Below, one piece after another: positions 22,992 through 35,597 of a DNA stretch of 64,000 nucleotides. The DNA comes from Malacoraja senta (taxonomy: Eukaryota), in NCBI GenBank assembly GCA_038087875.1, contig CM075993.1:7256001-7320000 (forward strand). Direction: 5' to 3'. The notes beneath the pieces are model-generated. The model saw only the letters and a list, made by a program, of their open reading frames with translations, was not told the DNA's origin and ran no database searches. The first letter of the stretch is position 1, and each line of letters begins with the position of its first letter. The translations under genes and the position numbers were made by a program.

Positions 22992-25272
22992 TAAACCTGC
23001 GCCTTAAAAATACCCTATAACTTGACCTCCACAGCCATCTGTAGCGATTAATTCCACAGATTCAAAGTGTTATCCCACTTCTTCCCTTTTTACTTAACAT
23101 TACCTCTTTCAGTGGAAGGCTCCATCTTGCTTATATGCTTGATCTCAAGAATTCCAGTGCCTCGCAGTTTCAGTTTAGTTTCGACTTGCAGTGTGGAAGC
23201 CTGCCCTTCATCCCACCCAGTCCACACCACCATTCACACTTCTATCCAATCCCACTCCCTACACACCAGGGACAATTTACAGAGGGCCAATTCACCTACA
23301 AACCCGCAAGACTTTGGTATGTGCGGGGAAATGGTACATGCGGTCACGAGGGAACGTGCAAACTCCACACAGTCAGCACGCCAACCATCGATCACACGTT
23401 CTACATTATCCCAATTTCTCACCGTTTTACTTAATAATTCTTTTTTCAGTGGAAGGCTCCATCTTGCATATTTTTTATATCTCAAGAATTCCAGTACCTC
23501 ACAGTTTTAGTTTAGTCCTACCCAGTCCACTCTGACTATTGATCGCTAATTCTATGTTATCCCACTTTCTCATCCACTCCCTACACACTTGGGCAATTTA
23601 TAGATCAGTTGACCTGCAAACCCGCACGTCTTTGGGAAACCCACGCAGTCACAGGGAGAACATGCAAACTCCACACAGACGGCACCCGGAGTCGGGATCA
23701 AATCCATGTCTGGTGCTGTGAGGCAGCAGCTCTGTGCTGCCTGCGTTGGTGTCGACCGAGGCTTTGTTGATAGAATGAGCAAGTTGTAAATCTTCCTCCA
23801 GCTTAGAGCAATACTGTTGCATGGGGTACGCATCGTAGACATTCTCCCAGCTGTTTTGTTGCACTTTGTCCATTATTTTCTTCTTCGTCTGTACTGCTTC
23901 ACTTTACCTTTTAAATGCATAGAGGCGGCGGAACAGTAGAGTTGCTGCCTCACAGCGCCAGAGACCTCGGTTCGATCCTGACTACGGGTGCTGTCTGTAG
24001 AGAGTTTTTACGTTCTCTCTGTGACCATGTGTTTTTTTTTTGCCGGGTGTTCCGGTTTCCTTCCACATTCTAAAGATATGCAGGTTTGTAGGTTAATTGG
24101 CTTCTGTAAATTGTCCCGAATGTGTAGGATATAATGAGCGATCGCTGATCGGTATGGACTTCGATGGACCGAAGGGCCTGTTTCCTCGCAGTATCGCTAA
24201 ACTAAACGAACTTCCAAACTGTTCACTTCATGAATCATAGAAATGGCCCATTTGCTCTATTGTTCCTGCTATAAAGTCAAGTCAAGTCACTTTTATTTCT
24301 ATAGCACATTTAAAAAACAACTCTCGTTGGCCAAAGTGCTTTACATTGGTGGAGGTACTAACGTTATACAACAGTGGTTCATAGATTAAGTACATACATA
24401 AATACATACATATAGCCCGCCCTCGGAGGACGTCAAGAAAGGCTTGAGAGTAAAGATGAGTTTTAAGTCTCGACTTAAAGGAGTCGATGGAGGGGGCAGT
24501 TCTGATGGGAAGAGGGATGCTGTTCCACAGTCTAGGAGCTGGCAAAAAAATTTGGCAAAAAAAAAGGGGGGGACTTGATCCACTTTTTCCTTTTTTTCCT
24601 TTGGAACCATGCAACTCTTTCTTGTTATAATCCATCCCTTCGACAGAAATCTGAGGTATAGAGGTGGGACTAGAATGTACTGGGAAGACACAAGACTTCC
24701 CAGGACATATCATGGTGATCCATTAATTTAATTGGGTTCACCTGTATATTGTGCAATATATTTTAATAAAAGGAATTAAAAATGTCATAGAGTCATACAG
24801 CATGGAAGCAGGCTCTTCGGCCCAATTTGCCCACACGACCAACATGCCCCATCTACACTAGTCCCACCTGTGTGCGTTTGACCCATATCCTTCCACACCT
24901 GTCCTATCCAAATCATTTTTTTTAATGTTGTGGTAGTACCTGCCTCTACTACCTCTGGAGGCAGCCTATTTTATGTGCACTGGGAAGACTGAGACACTTT
25001 AGTTGTAGATCACTGGTCACAGTCTATCCCGGGTAATTGCAGATTAAAAAAAATAACGCAGGCGATAGAATTCTGAAAGAAAAAGTGCTGCGAATACTCA
25101 GCAGGTAAGGCAGCATCTATGGATGAGGAACAGTTAACCTGTCAGGGAAATGTTGTTTTTCTCAGATCTGACAAAATATCATTGAACTGAAAGGCCCTGT
25201 TTCTCTGTGGAAAATGCTGCCCGACCTGCTCAGCGCTTTGTTTTTATCCTCCCCCCAGCTTGCAATACATTA

Positions 25273-25705
25273 CAGTAAACCCCCGCAATAACGGACTGGG
25301 GAGGGAGTGGATCCATTGTCTGCTGTAACCGAGTGAGGGGGGTAAAAGTTTAACCCACAGTTGGGAGGGAAGAATCTGGGGGGATTAAACGAGCAGGAAT
25401 TCACAGGCCGGGGAGCCGCAGAGCCCCCGTTCCCACGTGCGACGGTGACGGACCCGGCACACACGCCACCTTCATCCTGCTCGCTCGCTCCGCTCCTGTC
25501 ATGGGCAGCTTGCACCGTGTGGGGGGGTGCAACGGGAACCTCGGTCCACTATAACTGAAATCCACTCAATAGTCTGAAGAAGGGTCTCCGCCCGAAACGT
25601 CGCCTATTTCCTTCGCTCCATGGATGCTGCCTCACCCACTGAGTTTCTCCAGCATTTTTGTCTACCTTCCACTCAATAGAGATCAGTTAGTGCGAGGGTT
25701 TACAG
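25273..25705. mobile_element. Tc1/mariner (pogo/Tigger-like) non-autonomous element
   Basis: TIR cagtaaacccccgcaataac / gttagtgcgagggtttacag, flanked by TA; contains a nested PLE-related short element with TSD tccactcaatag. Confidence 0.7.
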
Positions 25706-25907
25706 TATTCAGTTTGTGCATTGCATTGTAGAGCAGATATATTGGACTCAGTGCAGTGGTGTAAACTCACTACAATGCCATCCTTTTGCTAAAACATCCC
25801 TGATAATACCGATCCCCACAGTTTGTCTAATACAAGACCCACATACACCCAGTGGCCTGTCTTCATCCAACTCTATTTGATCGTTCTAGCCTTGTTGCCA
25901 GAACAAG

Positions 25908-26170
25908 GGCGGCACGGTGGCGCAGCGGTAGAGTTACTGCCTTGCCGCGTTTGCAGCGCTGGAGACCCGGGTTCGACCCCGACTACGGGTGCTGTCTGTA
26001 CGGAGTTTGTACGTTCTCCCCGTGACCGTGTGAGTTTTCTCCAAGATCTTCGATTTCCTCCCACACTTCAAAGAGTTACTGGTTTGTAGGTTAATTGGCT
26101 TGGGTAATCGCTGGTCGGTGCGGATCGATGGGCCGATGGGCCTGTTTCCGCTCTGTATCACTAAACTAAG
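25908..26170 (+). mobile_element. tRNA-derived SINE (HE1/V-SINE-like), representative copy
   Basis: A-box tggcgcagcggtag, B-box ggttcga, central gtgctgtctgtacggagtttgtacgttctccccgtgacc, and tail gggcctgtttcc...ctaaactaa. Further copies lie near 7175-7475(-), 19045-19320(+), 23925-24205(+), 28090-28355(-), 29860-30140(-), 30820-31085(+), 36765-37070(-), 40510-40810(+), 41280-41590(+), 42958-43232(+), 54575-54860(-) and 55070-55405(-). Confidence 0.85.
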
Positions 26171-26237
26171 CGATGAATCCTAATATGAAGAAGGGTATGA
26201 AGAAGAGTCTCGACCTGAAACGTTACCTATTCCAGAG

Positions 26238-26714
26238 ATAGACAATAGACAATAGATGCAGGAGTAGGCCATTCGGCCCTTTCGAGCCAGCACCGCCATT
26301 CAATGTGATCATGGCTGATCATCCCCAATCAGTACCCCGTTCCTGCCTTCTCCCCACCTCCTCTGACTGCTATTTTTAAGAGCCCTATCTAGCTCTCTCT
26401 TGAAAGCATCCAGAGAAACCCGCCTCCACCCCCCTCTGAGGCAGAGAATTCCACAGACTCACCACTCTCTGTGAGAAAAAGTGTTTCCTCGTCTCCGTTC
26501 TAAATGGCTTACTCCTTATTCTTAAACTGTGGCCCCTGGTTCTGGACTCCCCCAACATCGGGAACATGTTTCCTGCCTCTAGCGTGTCCAAACCCTTAAC
26601 AATCTTATATGTTTCAATGAGATCCCCTCTCATCCTTCTAAACTCCAGAGTGTACAAGCCCAGCTGCTCCATTCTCTCAGCATATGACAGTCCCGCCATC
26701 CCGGGAATTAACCT
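26238..26714 (-). mobile_element. CR1 LINE 3' fragment
   Basis: ORF 26385..26699; (attgtct)n tail. Confidence 0.85.
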
Positions 26715-27809
26715 TATTGACTGACCTGCTGAGTTGCTCCAGGATTTTGTCTATCTTTTTCAATCCTAATATTAATTTATCTGTGGAGCTTCACCCAGCC
26801 CTGGTGTTGAATTTCCTCTAATCTGCATAGCAAGCTATTTTTGCTCTTCACTCTTCTGTAGTGTTTCATTGCTGCCAAATTTGCAGCTGTAGCCATGTGT
26901 TCATCTATAAACGTTCCACAATTGCACTTCTTCCAAGCACTGCTTAAAAACCTGATCACTTTGCCTTTAAATCCTGTTTTCATAAAACATAGGAGCAGAA
27001 TTAGGCCATTCGGCCCATCGAGTCTGCTCTGCCTTTCTTTTTCCCTCTCAACCCTATTCTCCTGCCTTCTCCCTGTAACCTTTGACACCCTTCCCAATCA
27101 AGATCCTATCAATCTCCGCTTTAGGAACCTGTCCTCCACAGCCGTCTGTGGCAAAGAATTCTGCAGATTCACCACCCCCTGGCTCCACTCTAATGGTATG
27201 CCTTTTATTCTGAGGCTGTGCCCTCCGGTCCTGGGCTCCCCCAATATTGGAAACGTTCTCCACGTCCATGCAATTCAGGCCTTTCATTATTCAGTAGTTT
27301 TCGATGAGAATCCTTCTAAACTGCAACGAGTCTAGAGACTTCCAACGCTCTTCATACGTTAACCCAATGGTTCCTGGGATCATTCTCGTCAAACTCCTCT
27401 GTGCCCTCGCCAACGCCAGCAAATGCCTCCTCAGTTACGGGGCCCCATTAGCTTGGCTTTCAAACACCTCCCCCCCCCAATCTATCACCCATCATTAACA
27501 ACCCTTACTTATTCACTTTGTGAATGAGCTGGGTGGTGTTGAGTTTTTGCTTTCCACAGCCTGTCCTAACATTACAAAGATAGACACAAAGTGCTGGAGT
27601 AACTCAGTGGGTCAGGCAGCATCTCTGGGGGGAAGAATGAAAAGTCCCAACCCGAAACGTCACCCATCCTTTTTCTCCAGAGATGCTGTCTGACCCGCTG
27701 AGTTACTCCAGCACTTTGTGTCTATTATCGGTATAAACCAGCATCTGCAGTTCCTTCTTGCGCATCCTAACATTACAAAGTTGATTCTTATTCTCTCCTT
27801 CTCTTACAG

Positions 27810-27869
27810 CCTTTTGATTTGAAGGAGCTGGACATTCAGATTTCCTTCCCGGATGATTATCCTTTGGAG
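27810..27869 (+). CDS. Coding exon 2 (PFDLKELDIQISFPDDYPLE)
   Basis: Polypyrimidine tract plus ttacag acceptor; gtaaga donor; 60 nt, phase 0/0. Contains the FPxxYP motif typical of RWD/UBC folds. Confidence 0.9.
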
Positions 27870-29281
27870 GTAAGAAGTCATATTGCCGACGGCACAAAGT
27901 GCAGGCTTGCGCGTACTGGAGCTGTATCTGTTGCCACATTCTCTGGGGCATTATGTTACAATGAAAGGCAAGTTGTGGCTGACCACACTAATCTACGACA
28001 CAAACATTGCGGATTGTTTTTGGAAGAATGTAACAAACTCTATTCCTTCCGTCAGTAAGATCAATTCTGCTATATTCATCAACATAATTTAGTTCAGAGA
28101 TAAAGCACAGAAACAGGCCCTTCGGCCCACCCAATCCGCACCGACCAACCATCCCCCGCACATGAACATTATCCTACACACACGTGGGACAATTTACACC
28201 AAACCAAGTAACCTACATGCCAGTAGTGGAGTGTGGGAGGAAAGTGAAAATCTCCGAGAAACCCCACACGGTCACGGGGAGAGCGGACAAACTCCATACA
28301 GACAGCGCCCGTAGTCGGGATGGAACCCGGGTCTCTGGCGCTGGAAGGCAGCAACTATAAGAATAGTTTACACTAATAACCTTATGCTGTGTTGATCTAC
28401 CCACGCTAAGTCACATTTCGATGACTGCACCTGCAGAGGAACTGAAGTAGAAACGCCTAAATTACAGCACAGAAATAGGCCCTTCAGCCCAAGATGTCTG
28501 TGCCGAGCATGATGCCAAGATAAGCTGATCTCATCTGTATGTGATCCATATCCCTCCATTCTCTGCATATCCCTATGTGCCTATCTATATGCCTCTTAAA
28601 CGCCACTATTCTATCTACCTCCACCACCACCCCTAGCAGTGCGTTTCAGTCACCCACCACATACAGTGGAACTGTCCGCAAGGGTCATTCAGCTCGACCC
28701 CTGACCTTCAGTAGTTGAGGGAGGTGTATTTCTGGCCACACCTACTGCTTTCGCCCTGTTGCGATTAGATCTGCCAGAGGTGCGATACAGGTCCAACGCC
28801 GACTCTTCCGGCACCCTTGGTTCCAGAGCCTTTCTGGATTGTCCGTTTTGCCGGACCCACAGAGGTCACGGCCTCTGAGAGGAGTCGTGCAGTAGTGGAT
28901 CGGCCCGCCTAGGCCGCCAGGGGGCTGAGGTACCGGCCCGCAAAGTTGGCCTCGGAAGTCAGCTATGGGAACGGATCTGCCGGCTCCGGCCGGGCCGGAG
29001 TTCCAGAGCCCCGGCCGCAGGGGGCAAATTCCACCCGCCGATCGGTGCGGAAGCCCTGATGAGGTTGACATCGGCCGCCTCACCCGAGGTTGTTGCTACA
29101 TTTTTGCGGGGAGGTGGGGGGGGATCTCAAGTGCGCTCTCATAATTTTGTCCAGCTTAAAGGAGGTGCCGGACCACCAGTTGCCGGAAAATCGGTGGTGG
29201 ATCCGTGCTTCCCACTCTTTCTCCCACCTCAAATACGGGTAGCATGTTGCTCGATTCTCTTCATCTTTCTCTTCTTCTAAG

Positions 29282-29334
29282 GTGTTCACTTTGGACATTC
29301 CCGAGGATCAGGATCTGCCAGCGTCTATGGCAAG
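29282..29334 (+). CDS. Coding exon 3 (VFTLDIPEDQDLPASMA-R)
   Basis: Long pyrimidine tract plus taag acceptor; gtaagg donor; 53 nt, phase 0/2. Confidence 0.88.
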
Positions 29335-31122
29335 GTAAGGAGAAACAAGGATAAAATACTGAACCATTGGCATTGGTGTATCTCCTCGGTGTAGGCTTGG
29401 ACTGAAAACCCTGTGCTGTAGTTCAAGCCCGAGCTGTTTTCCAAAGATAAATGAATGCTTCTTTACTTTCACTGTAAAATCTTACTTGAGTGACCGCAAG
29501 AGTATATTAATGTCATCTCAATGTAAAGAAGAAAGAACTTGCCCCATTTATATGTAGACCAAAGATGCTGAAATCTGAAACAGCGGGTGGAAGAACTCAG
29601 TGTGTCAAGCAGCATCTGCGGAAGCAGAAGGTATACAACCCTGCACAAATTCAATTTTTCAAGATTTTGACAACAAGCCTAAGTGGTACCACGCTTTAAC
29701 TCGAATACAGACAGAGAAAGCATGAAACATTCAGTGGGGAATTGAGGGCTGTGGGCATGTTGGCATAGAAGGGGAAATGTGGCCTGGAGAAGATCTGCTA
29801 CGATCACATTGAATGGAAGGCTACGCTTGAGGGACCAGGAGGCCCGTTCCTGCTCCTACTTTAGAGATACAGCGGGAAGCAGGGTCGTTGGCTCACCGAG
29901 TTTGTGCCAAACAGCCATCACCCCGTCTGCCAGCGCTATCCTACACATTAGAGACAATTTACAATTTTTACCAAAGCCAGTTAACCGACAAACCTGTACG
30001 TCTTTGGAGTGTGGGAGGAAACCGGAGCACCCAGAGAAAACCCATGCGGTCACAGGGAGAATGTACAAACTCCGTACAGACAGCACCCTTAGTCAGGACC
30101 GAACTTGGGTCTCTGGTACTGTAAGGCAGCAACCCTACCACTGTATATATAACTATGACAGGCATTGATAGGGTAGACAAAATGTTTTCCCCCAGAACGG
30201 AAATGTCTAAGACCAGAACGCAGAGCTTTAAGGTGAGAGGAGCAATGTTTAAAGGAGATGTGTACGGTCAAGTTTTTTACACAGAGGTTGGTGGGGGCCT
30301 GGAACCTACTGCCAGGGGTAATGGTGGAGGCAGATATGACAGTGGCATTCAGAGGCTAATGGATATGGAGGGATATGGATCAAGTGTAGAATGAGATTAG
30401 TTTATCTTGGCGTTGTGTTCGGCACAGACATTGTGGGCCGATGGGCCTGATCCTGTGCTGTACTCTTCTATCTCCCATGACATCTAAAGACGTATCCTTT
30501 CAGTGGAGCGTTTACAGGTGTGGCAACTTGTGCGTGGAGCAAAATAGATTTTGCATGACCAGCCCCTTGCGAGATGTAGCAGTGAGAGCTTCAGTTGCCT
30601 TGTTTGATTATGCAGCAGAATTGTGGTCACTACCATCAGTCAGGAAGCACCATAGGATATGATGTTCATCAGTTGTTGGAAGAGCCGCAAGATCTTTAAC
30701 CCAAACCTGAAAGCAAAATGTTACTGAGAGAATACATGACAAAACTGGGTACTATACAAGGCAGTGGTAGGGGTCATAAGGAATAGGAGTAGAATTAGGC
30801 CATTTGGCCCATCAAGGTTATAGCGCCCGATCTCCGGGTTCGATCCTGACTATGGGTGCTGTCTGTACAAAGTTTGTTCTCCCCGTGACCCACGTGGGTT
30901 TTCTCTGAGATCTTTGGTTTCATCCCACACTCCAAAAACGTACAGGGGTGTAAGTTAACTGGCTTGGTATAAATGTAAATTGTCCCTAATGTGTGTGGGA
31001 TAGTGTTAATGTGCGGGGATCGCTGGTCGGTGCGAACCCGGTGGTCGTGAGAAGGGCCTGTTTCCGTGCTGTATCTCTGAACTAAAAGGCAGAATGAATT
31101 CTCATCCCAACCTCTTTCCTTC

Positions 31123-32730
31123 CAATCAAATCAAATCAATCAAATCAAAAACTTTATTTGCCATTTGTGCTTACACACATAGGAAATCTTGTGCGGTTGT
31201 TCAGAGAGTCAAGTCAAGTCGAGTTAAAAAGACACACAGAAAAACACATAATCTATAAAAACATATACTTCTCTAGAAATATAAAAGAAAAGTGCCTAAA
31301 ACCCTATGTTATGAGGTGGATCAGGGCATCAGTTCATTTTGTTTTGGCCAAGAGTCTCACTGTGGCAGGGAAGAAACTCTTGAAAAAGCGTGTTCTGTTT
31401 ATGACGATGCTGTCCGCTCGTCTGTGCCTGAGGTTGTATGTGCAGTTTTTGTGTTTGAGCAGGGAGTGAGCTGGATGTAGTGTGTCTCTGATGATTCTCT
31501 CTGCTCTTTTTTGACAGCGCTGTGTAGATTGTTTCCATGGAGGGAAGTTCCGTTCTGATAATCCTCTCTGCAGTCTTTATGACTCTTTGCAGAGCCTTCC
31601 TCTCTGTCTGTGTGGTGTTTCCATACCACACCGTGATGCCTGTGGTGAGGATGCTCTCTATCAGTCCTTTGTAGACCTGGGTGAGAGGGCGACAGTGCAG
31701 ACCAGCTTTTCTGAGCAGCCTGATGAAGTACAGTCTCTGCTGGGCTTTTTTCACTGTTGCAACAGTGTTCAAAGTCCAGTTCAGATCTGATGTTACTTGT
31801 AATCCCAGGTATCTGTAACTGTCAGCCCTCTCCACCACAGTCCCCTTGATGATGAGGGGCTGCAGGGGGGGTAGATTTTTTCTGAAGTCCATTATTATTT
31901 CTCTTGTCTTGTCTGTGTTGAGGCTTAGGTCGTTCACCTCACCATAGGCAAGAATGTCATTCACCAGATTCCTGTAGCCCGACTCGTCCCCCCCCTTGAT
32001 GAGGCCCAGGATGGTGGTGTCATCCGCATACTTAATAATGATGGTATTTTCCTGGGTGGAGACACAGTCGTGTGTGTACAGGGTGAAAAGTTTGGGACTG
32101 AGACAGCAGCCTTGTGGTGATCCTGTGCTGACGGTGAGCTCTGCAGACACCCTCCTTCCCATCCTCACCACCTGTGGTCTTTCAGTCAGGAAATCCAAGA
32201 TCCAGTTGCAGGTGGGAGTCGGGACGCCGAGGTCTGTCAGCTTCTCAGTCAGCCTGCCCGGGCGAATGGTATTAAAAGCCAAACTGTAATCCAGGAACAG
32301 CGTTCTGACGTATGTTCCTCTGCTGTCCAGATGTTGCAGGATGTGGTGTAGAGCAATGGCCACTGCGTCGTCCACTGAGCGGTTGGGGCGGTAGGCGAAC
32401 TGGAGGGGGTCGATCGTGCCCGGGACCATGTGATTGATATGTGTGAGAACCAGTTTTTCTAGACACTTCATGGCAACTGGCGTGAGTGCCACTGGCCTGA
32501 AGTCATTCAGGGTGGATGGATTAGGTTTTTTTGGAACTGGTACGATGGTGGAAAATTTAAAAATACGGGGGACCACTGCTTGGTTTAAAGACAGATTGAA
32601 GATGTCTACATACACTCCAGTGAGTTGTTCTGCACAGGCCTTCAGAACTGTAGGAGGGACGCCATCTGGTCCCACAGCCTTGTGGGGGTTCACCTGCCTC
32701 AGAGCTTTCAGGACCTGTGTGGGTGTCACC
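31123..32730 (-). mobile_element. Rex1/Babar-type LINE, 5'-truncated RT fragment, in the intron between coding exons 3 and 4
   Basis: ORF 31329..32729 contains LNDFRPVALT, LQFAYRPNRSVDDA, GSPQGCCLSP, YADD and KKAQQRLYF. The 3' end has aataaa plus a (gattt)n tail. Confidence 0.9.
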
Positions 32731-33017
32731 TGAAAGACAGTGGCTTTTCACTGACAACTTCGGTGCACGTCACAATAATAAACAGAAGGTAAACTAAAGT
32801 CTGAGGGAAGGGGAGCCTGAAGAAAGGTCCCAACCCGAAACATCACCTATCCATGTTCACCAAGGATGCAGCCTGACCTGCTGAGTTACTCTAGCACTTT
32901 GTGTCTTTTTTTCCTGAGGTAAACTAAATTGAGTTTGTACAGTAAAGCTCTGGTGATTCATTCACGATTATTTGTAAATTTGTAAATATATACTCTTGTG
33001 CAATATATTTTAATAAG

Positions 33018-34718
33018 CTCTGTGCCGAACAACTGGCACCGGTGTACACAGACATTTTCAACCAGTCAATGCAAACCTGTACTGTCCCTAGGTACACAAA
33101 AATGCTGGAGAAACTCAGCGGGTGCAGCAGCATCTATGGAGTGAAGGAAATAGGCAAAGTTTCGGGCCGAAAACCCTGAAGGAAATAGGCAACGTTTCGG
33201 GACGAAACCCGGAAGGGTTTCGGGCCGAAACGTTGCCTATTTCCTTCGCTCCATAGATGCTGCTGCACCCGCTGAGTTTCTCCAGCATTTTTGTGTACCT
33301 TCGATTTTCCAGCATCTGCAGTTCCTTCTTTAACACCTGTACTGTCCCTGCCTGCTTCAGAGTCTCCACTATTGTCCCTTTACCCAAAAAGGCAAGGATT
33401 ACTTGTCTTAATGACTACAGGCCTGTCGCACTGACCTCTGTAGTCATGAAGACCCTTGAAAGGCTTGTACTGGCCAAGCTGAAAAATATCACGAACCCCC
33501 TGCTGGACCCTCTGCAGTTTGCATATCGGGCCAATAGATCTGTGGATGACGCAGTCAACCTGGGCCTGCACCTCATCCTCCAGCACCTAGACCGCCAGGG
33601 GAACTATGCGAGGATTTTGTTTGTTGATTTTAGCTCTGCATTCAACACCATTGTGCCAGAGCTACTACACTCCAAATGTTCCGAGTTGACTGTGCCTGAA
33701 CCCCTCTGTCAGTGGATCACCAGCTTCGTGACAGACAGGAAGCAGCATGTGAGGCTGGGAAAGCACCTCGGACCAGCAAACGCTCAGCATAGGAGCACCG
33801 CAAGGCTGCGTACTCTCTCCTCTCCTTTCCTCTACTCTCTCTACACCAATGACTGCACCTCTACTGACTCCTCTGTCAAGCTTCTCAAGTTTGTGGACGA
33901 CACAACCCTGATTGGACTGATCCAGGATGGGGAGGAATCTGCCTACAGACAGGAAGTGGCACAGCTGGCGTCCTGGTGCCATAGCAACAACCTGGAGCTC
34001 AATGCTCTTAAGACAGTGGACTTTAGGAGAGCTCCCCCTCCCGTCCCCCCACTCACCATCAACAACACCACAGTCACATCTGTGTAGTCTTTTAAGTTCC
34101 TGGGAACCATCATCTCCAAGGACCTTAAGTGGGGGGCTACCATCAACTCCACAGTCAAAAAGGCACAACAGAGGATGTACTTCCTGCGGCTGCTGAGGTA
34201 GCACAATCTGCCACACGCAATGATGGTCCAATTCTACACGGCCATCGTAGAGTCTGTCCTCTCCTTCTCCATCATGGCGCAGCCACCAAGCACGACATCC
34301 GGAGGCTGCAGCGAATCATCCGATCAGCTGAGAAGGTTATTGGGTGCAACCATTCCCTCCCTTCCCTCCTCCCTCCCTCCTGCAAGGGCCAGGAAGCGAG
34401 CGGGTAGATCACCTCTGACCCCTCTCACCCTGGCCACAAACTCTTTGAATCACTTCCCTCCGGACTGTCAAAGCCACCACAGCCAGACATAAAAACTGCT
34501 TTTTTTCCACGAGTAGTAGCTCTACTCAACAACGAAAAATCTGTAGTCGCCTTATGCTCTGGTATTTTATTTAATTCACATGTTTAATCAATAATGTTAT
34601 ATTATTTTTAATGTTTTATGTATCATTCTTAACTGTCACTGTATGTCATGTTGTCACTTGCGGGCGAAGCACCAAGCAAATTCCTTGTATGTGAATACTT
34701 GGCCAATAAACTTATTCA
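33018..34718 (+). mobile_element. Rex1/Babar-type LINE, 5'-truncated and decayed, interrupted by a fold-back element at 33090-33334
   Basis: [50 protein letters not shown] and KKAQQRMYFLR, with stops and frameshifts; aataaa near 34705. Confidence 0.88.
33090..33334 (+). mobile_element. Short fold-back element related to the PLE 3' end (representative copy) with 15-bp TSD
   Basis: Long internal inverted repeat; TSD acctgtactgtccct at 33075-33089 and 33335-33349; interrupts a Rex1 ORF. Confidence 0.85.
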
Positions 34719-35452
34719 TAAAGGAATTAAAAGTGTTATAGAGTCATACAGCATGGAAAAAGGCCCTTCTACCCAACTTGCCCACCCCGACCAACATGCC
34801 TCACCTGCCTGCGTTTGGCCCATATCCCTCTAAACCTATGCTATCCATGTACCTGTCCAAATGTTTTTCAAACGTTGTGATAGTACTTGCCTCAACTACT
34901 TCTTCCAGCAGCTTGTCCCCTATACCTACCAACCTTTGTGTAGAAAGAGTTGACCCTCAGGTTCCTATTAAATCTTGCCCCCTTTACCTTGAACCTATGT
35001 TCTCTGGTTCTTGATTCCCCTACTCTGGGTAAAAGATCTGTTTTATTCTGGCCTTTTCTCTCCTCTAATTCCCCCCCCCCCCCCCCCCCCATCATCCCCT
35101 GCACTCCTATTCTTCAGTCTGACCCAAAACATCGCCTGTTCCTTTGCTTCGGAAATGCTGCGTGACTTGCTGAGTTACTCCAGCATATTGTGTCGTCTCT
35201 GAGCATTCACCCTGTCTAGTCCCCTCGTGATCTTACAGGCTGTGTAAGATCGCCCCTCATCCTCCTGCTCTCCAAGTGTTGGGATTCTAATGGGGATAGC
35301 ATCCAATCGTCTGGAAAATCTACCCCAGTCTGGCACCAACGTGTGTTTGGAGTTTTACCATGTTCTTCATTTCTCAAATGGTTGTTCATTTCCACTAAGT
35401 CCTGGTTTTGAGGGCCGCTTCACAAGGTTACCTTCCCTCCTCTCCACCTCAG

Positions 35453-35597
35453 GCACGTGTGCAACGCCTCAGAGGAGTGGCTTCAGGCCAAACATGCCAC
35501 CAACAGGCTGACAGGAAAACTCGAGCTGCTGTTTCGTCCGTACCTGCGGTGGCTCGATCGCAACCTGGAGAAGCTGTTCATCGAGGGAGCCAGAAAG
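35453..35597 (+). CDS. Coding exon 4 (HVCNASEEWL...LLFRPYLRWLDRNLEKLFIEGARK)
   Basis: ccacctcag acceptor; gtaaga donor; 145 nt, phase 2/0, open in the frame required by exon 3. Confidence 0.9.

Noticed and set aside
25908..25990. tRNA gene
   Set aside because: The A/B boxes belong to the head of a multi-copy SINE and continue into the SINE body and tail.
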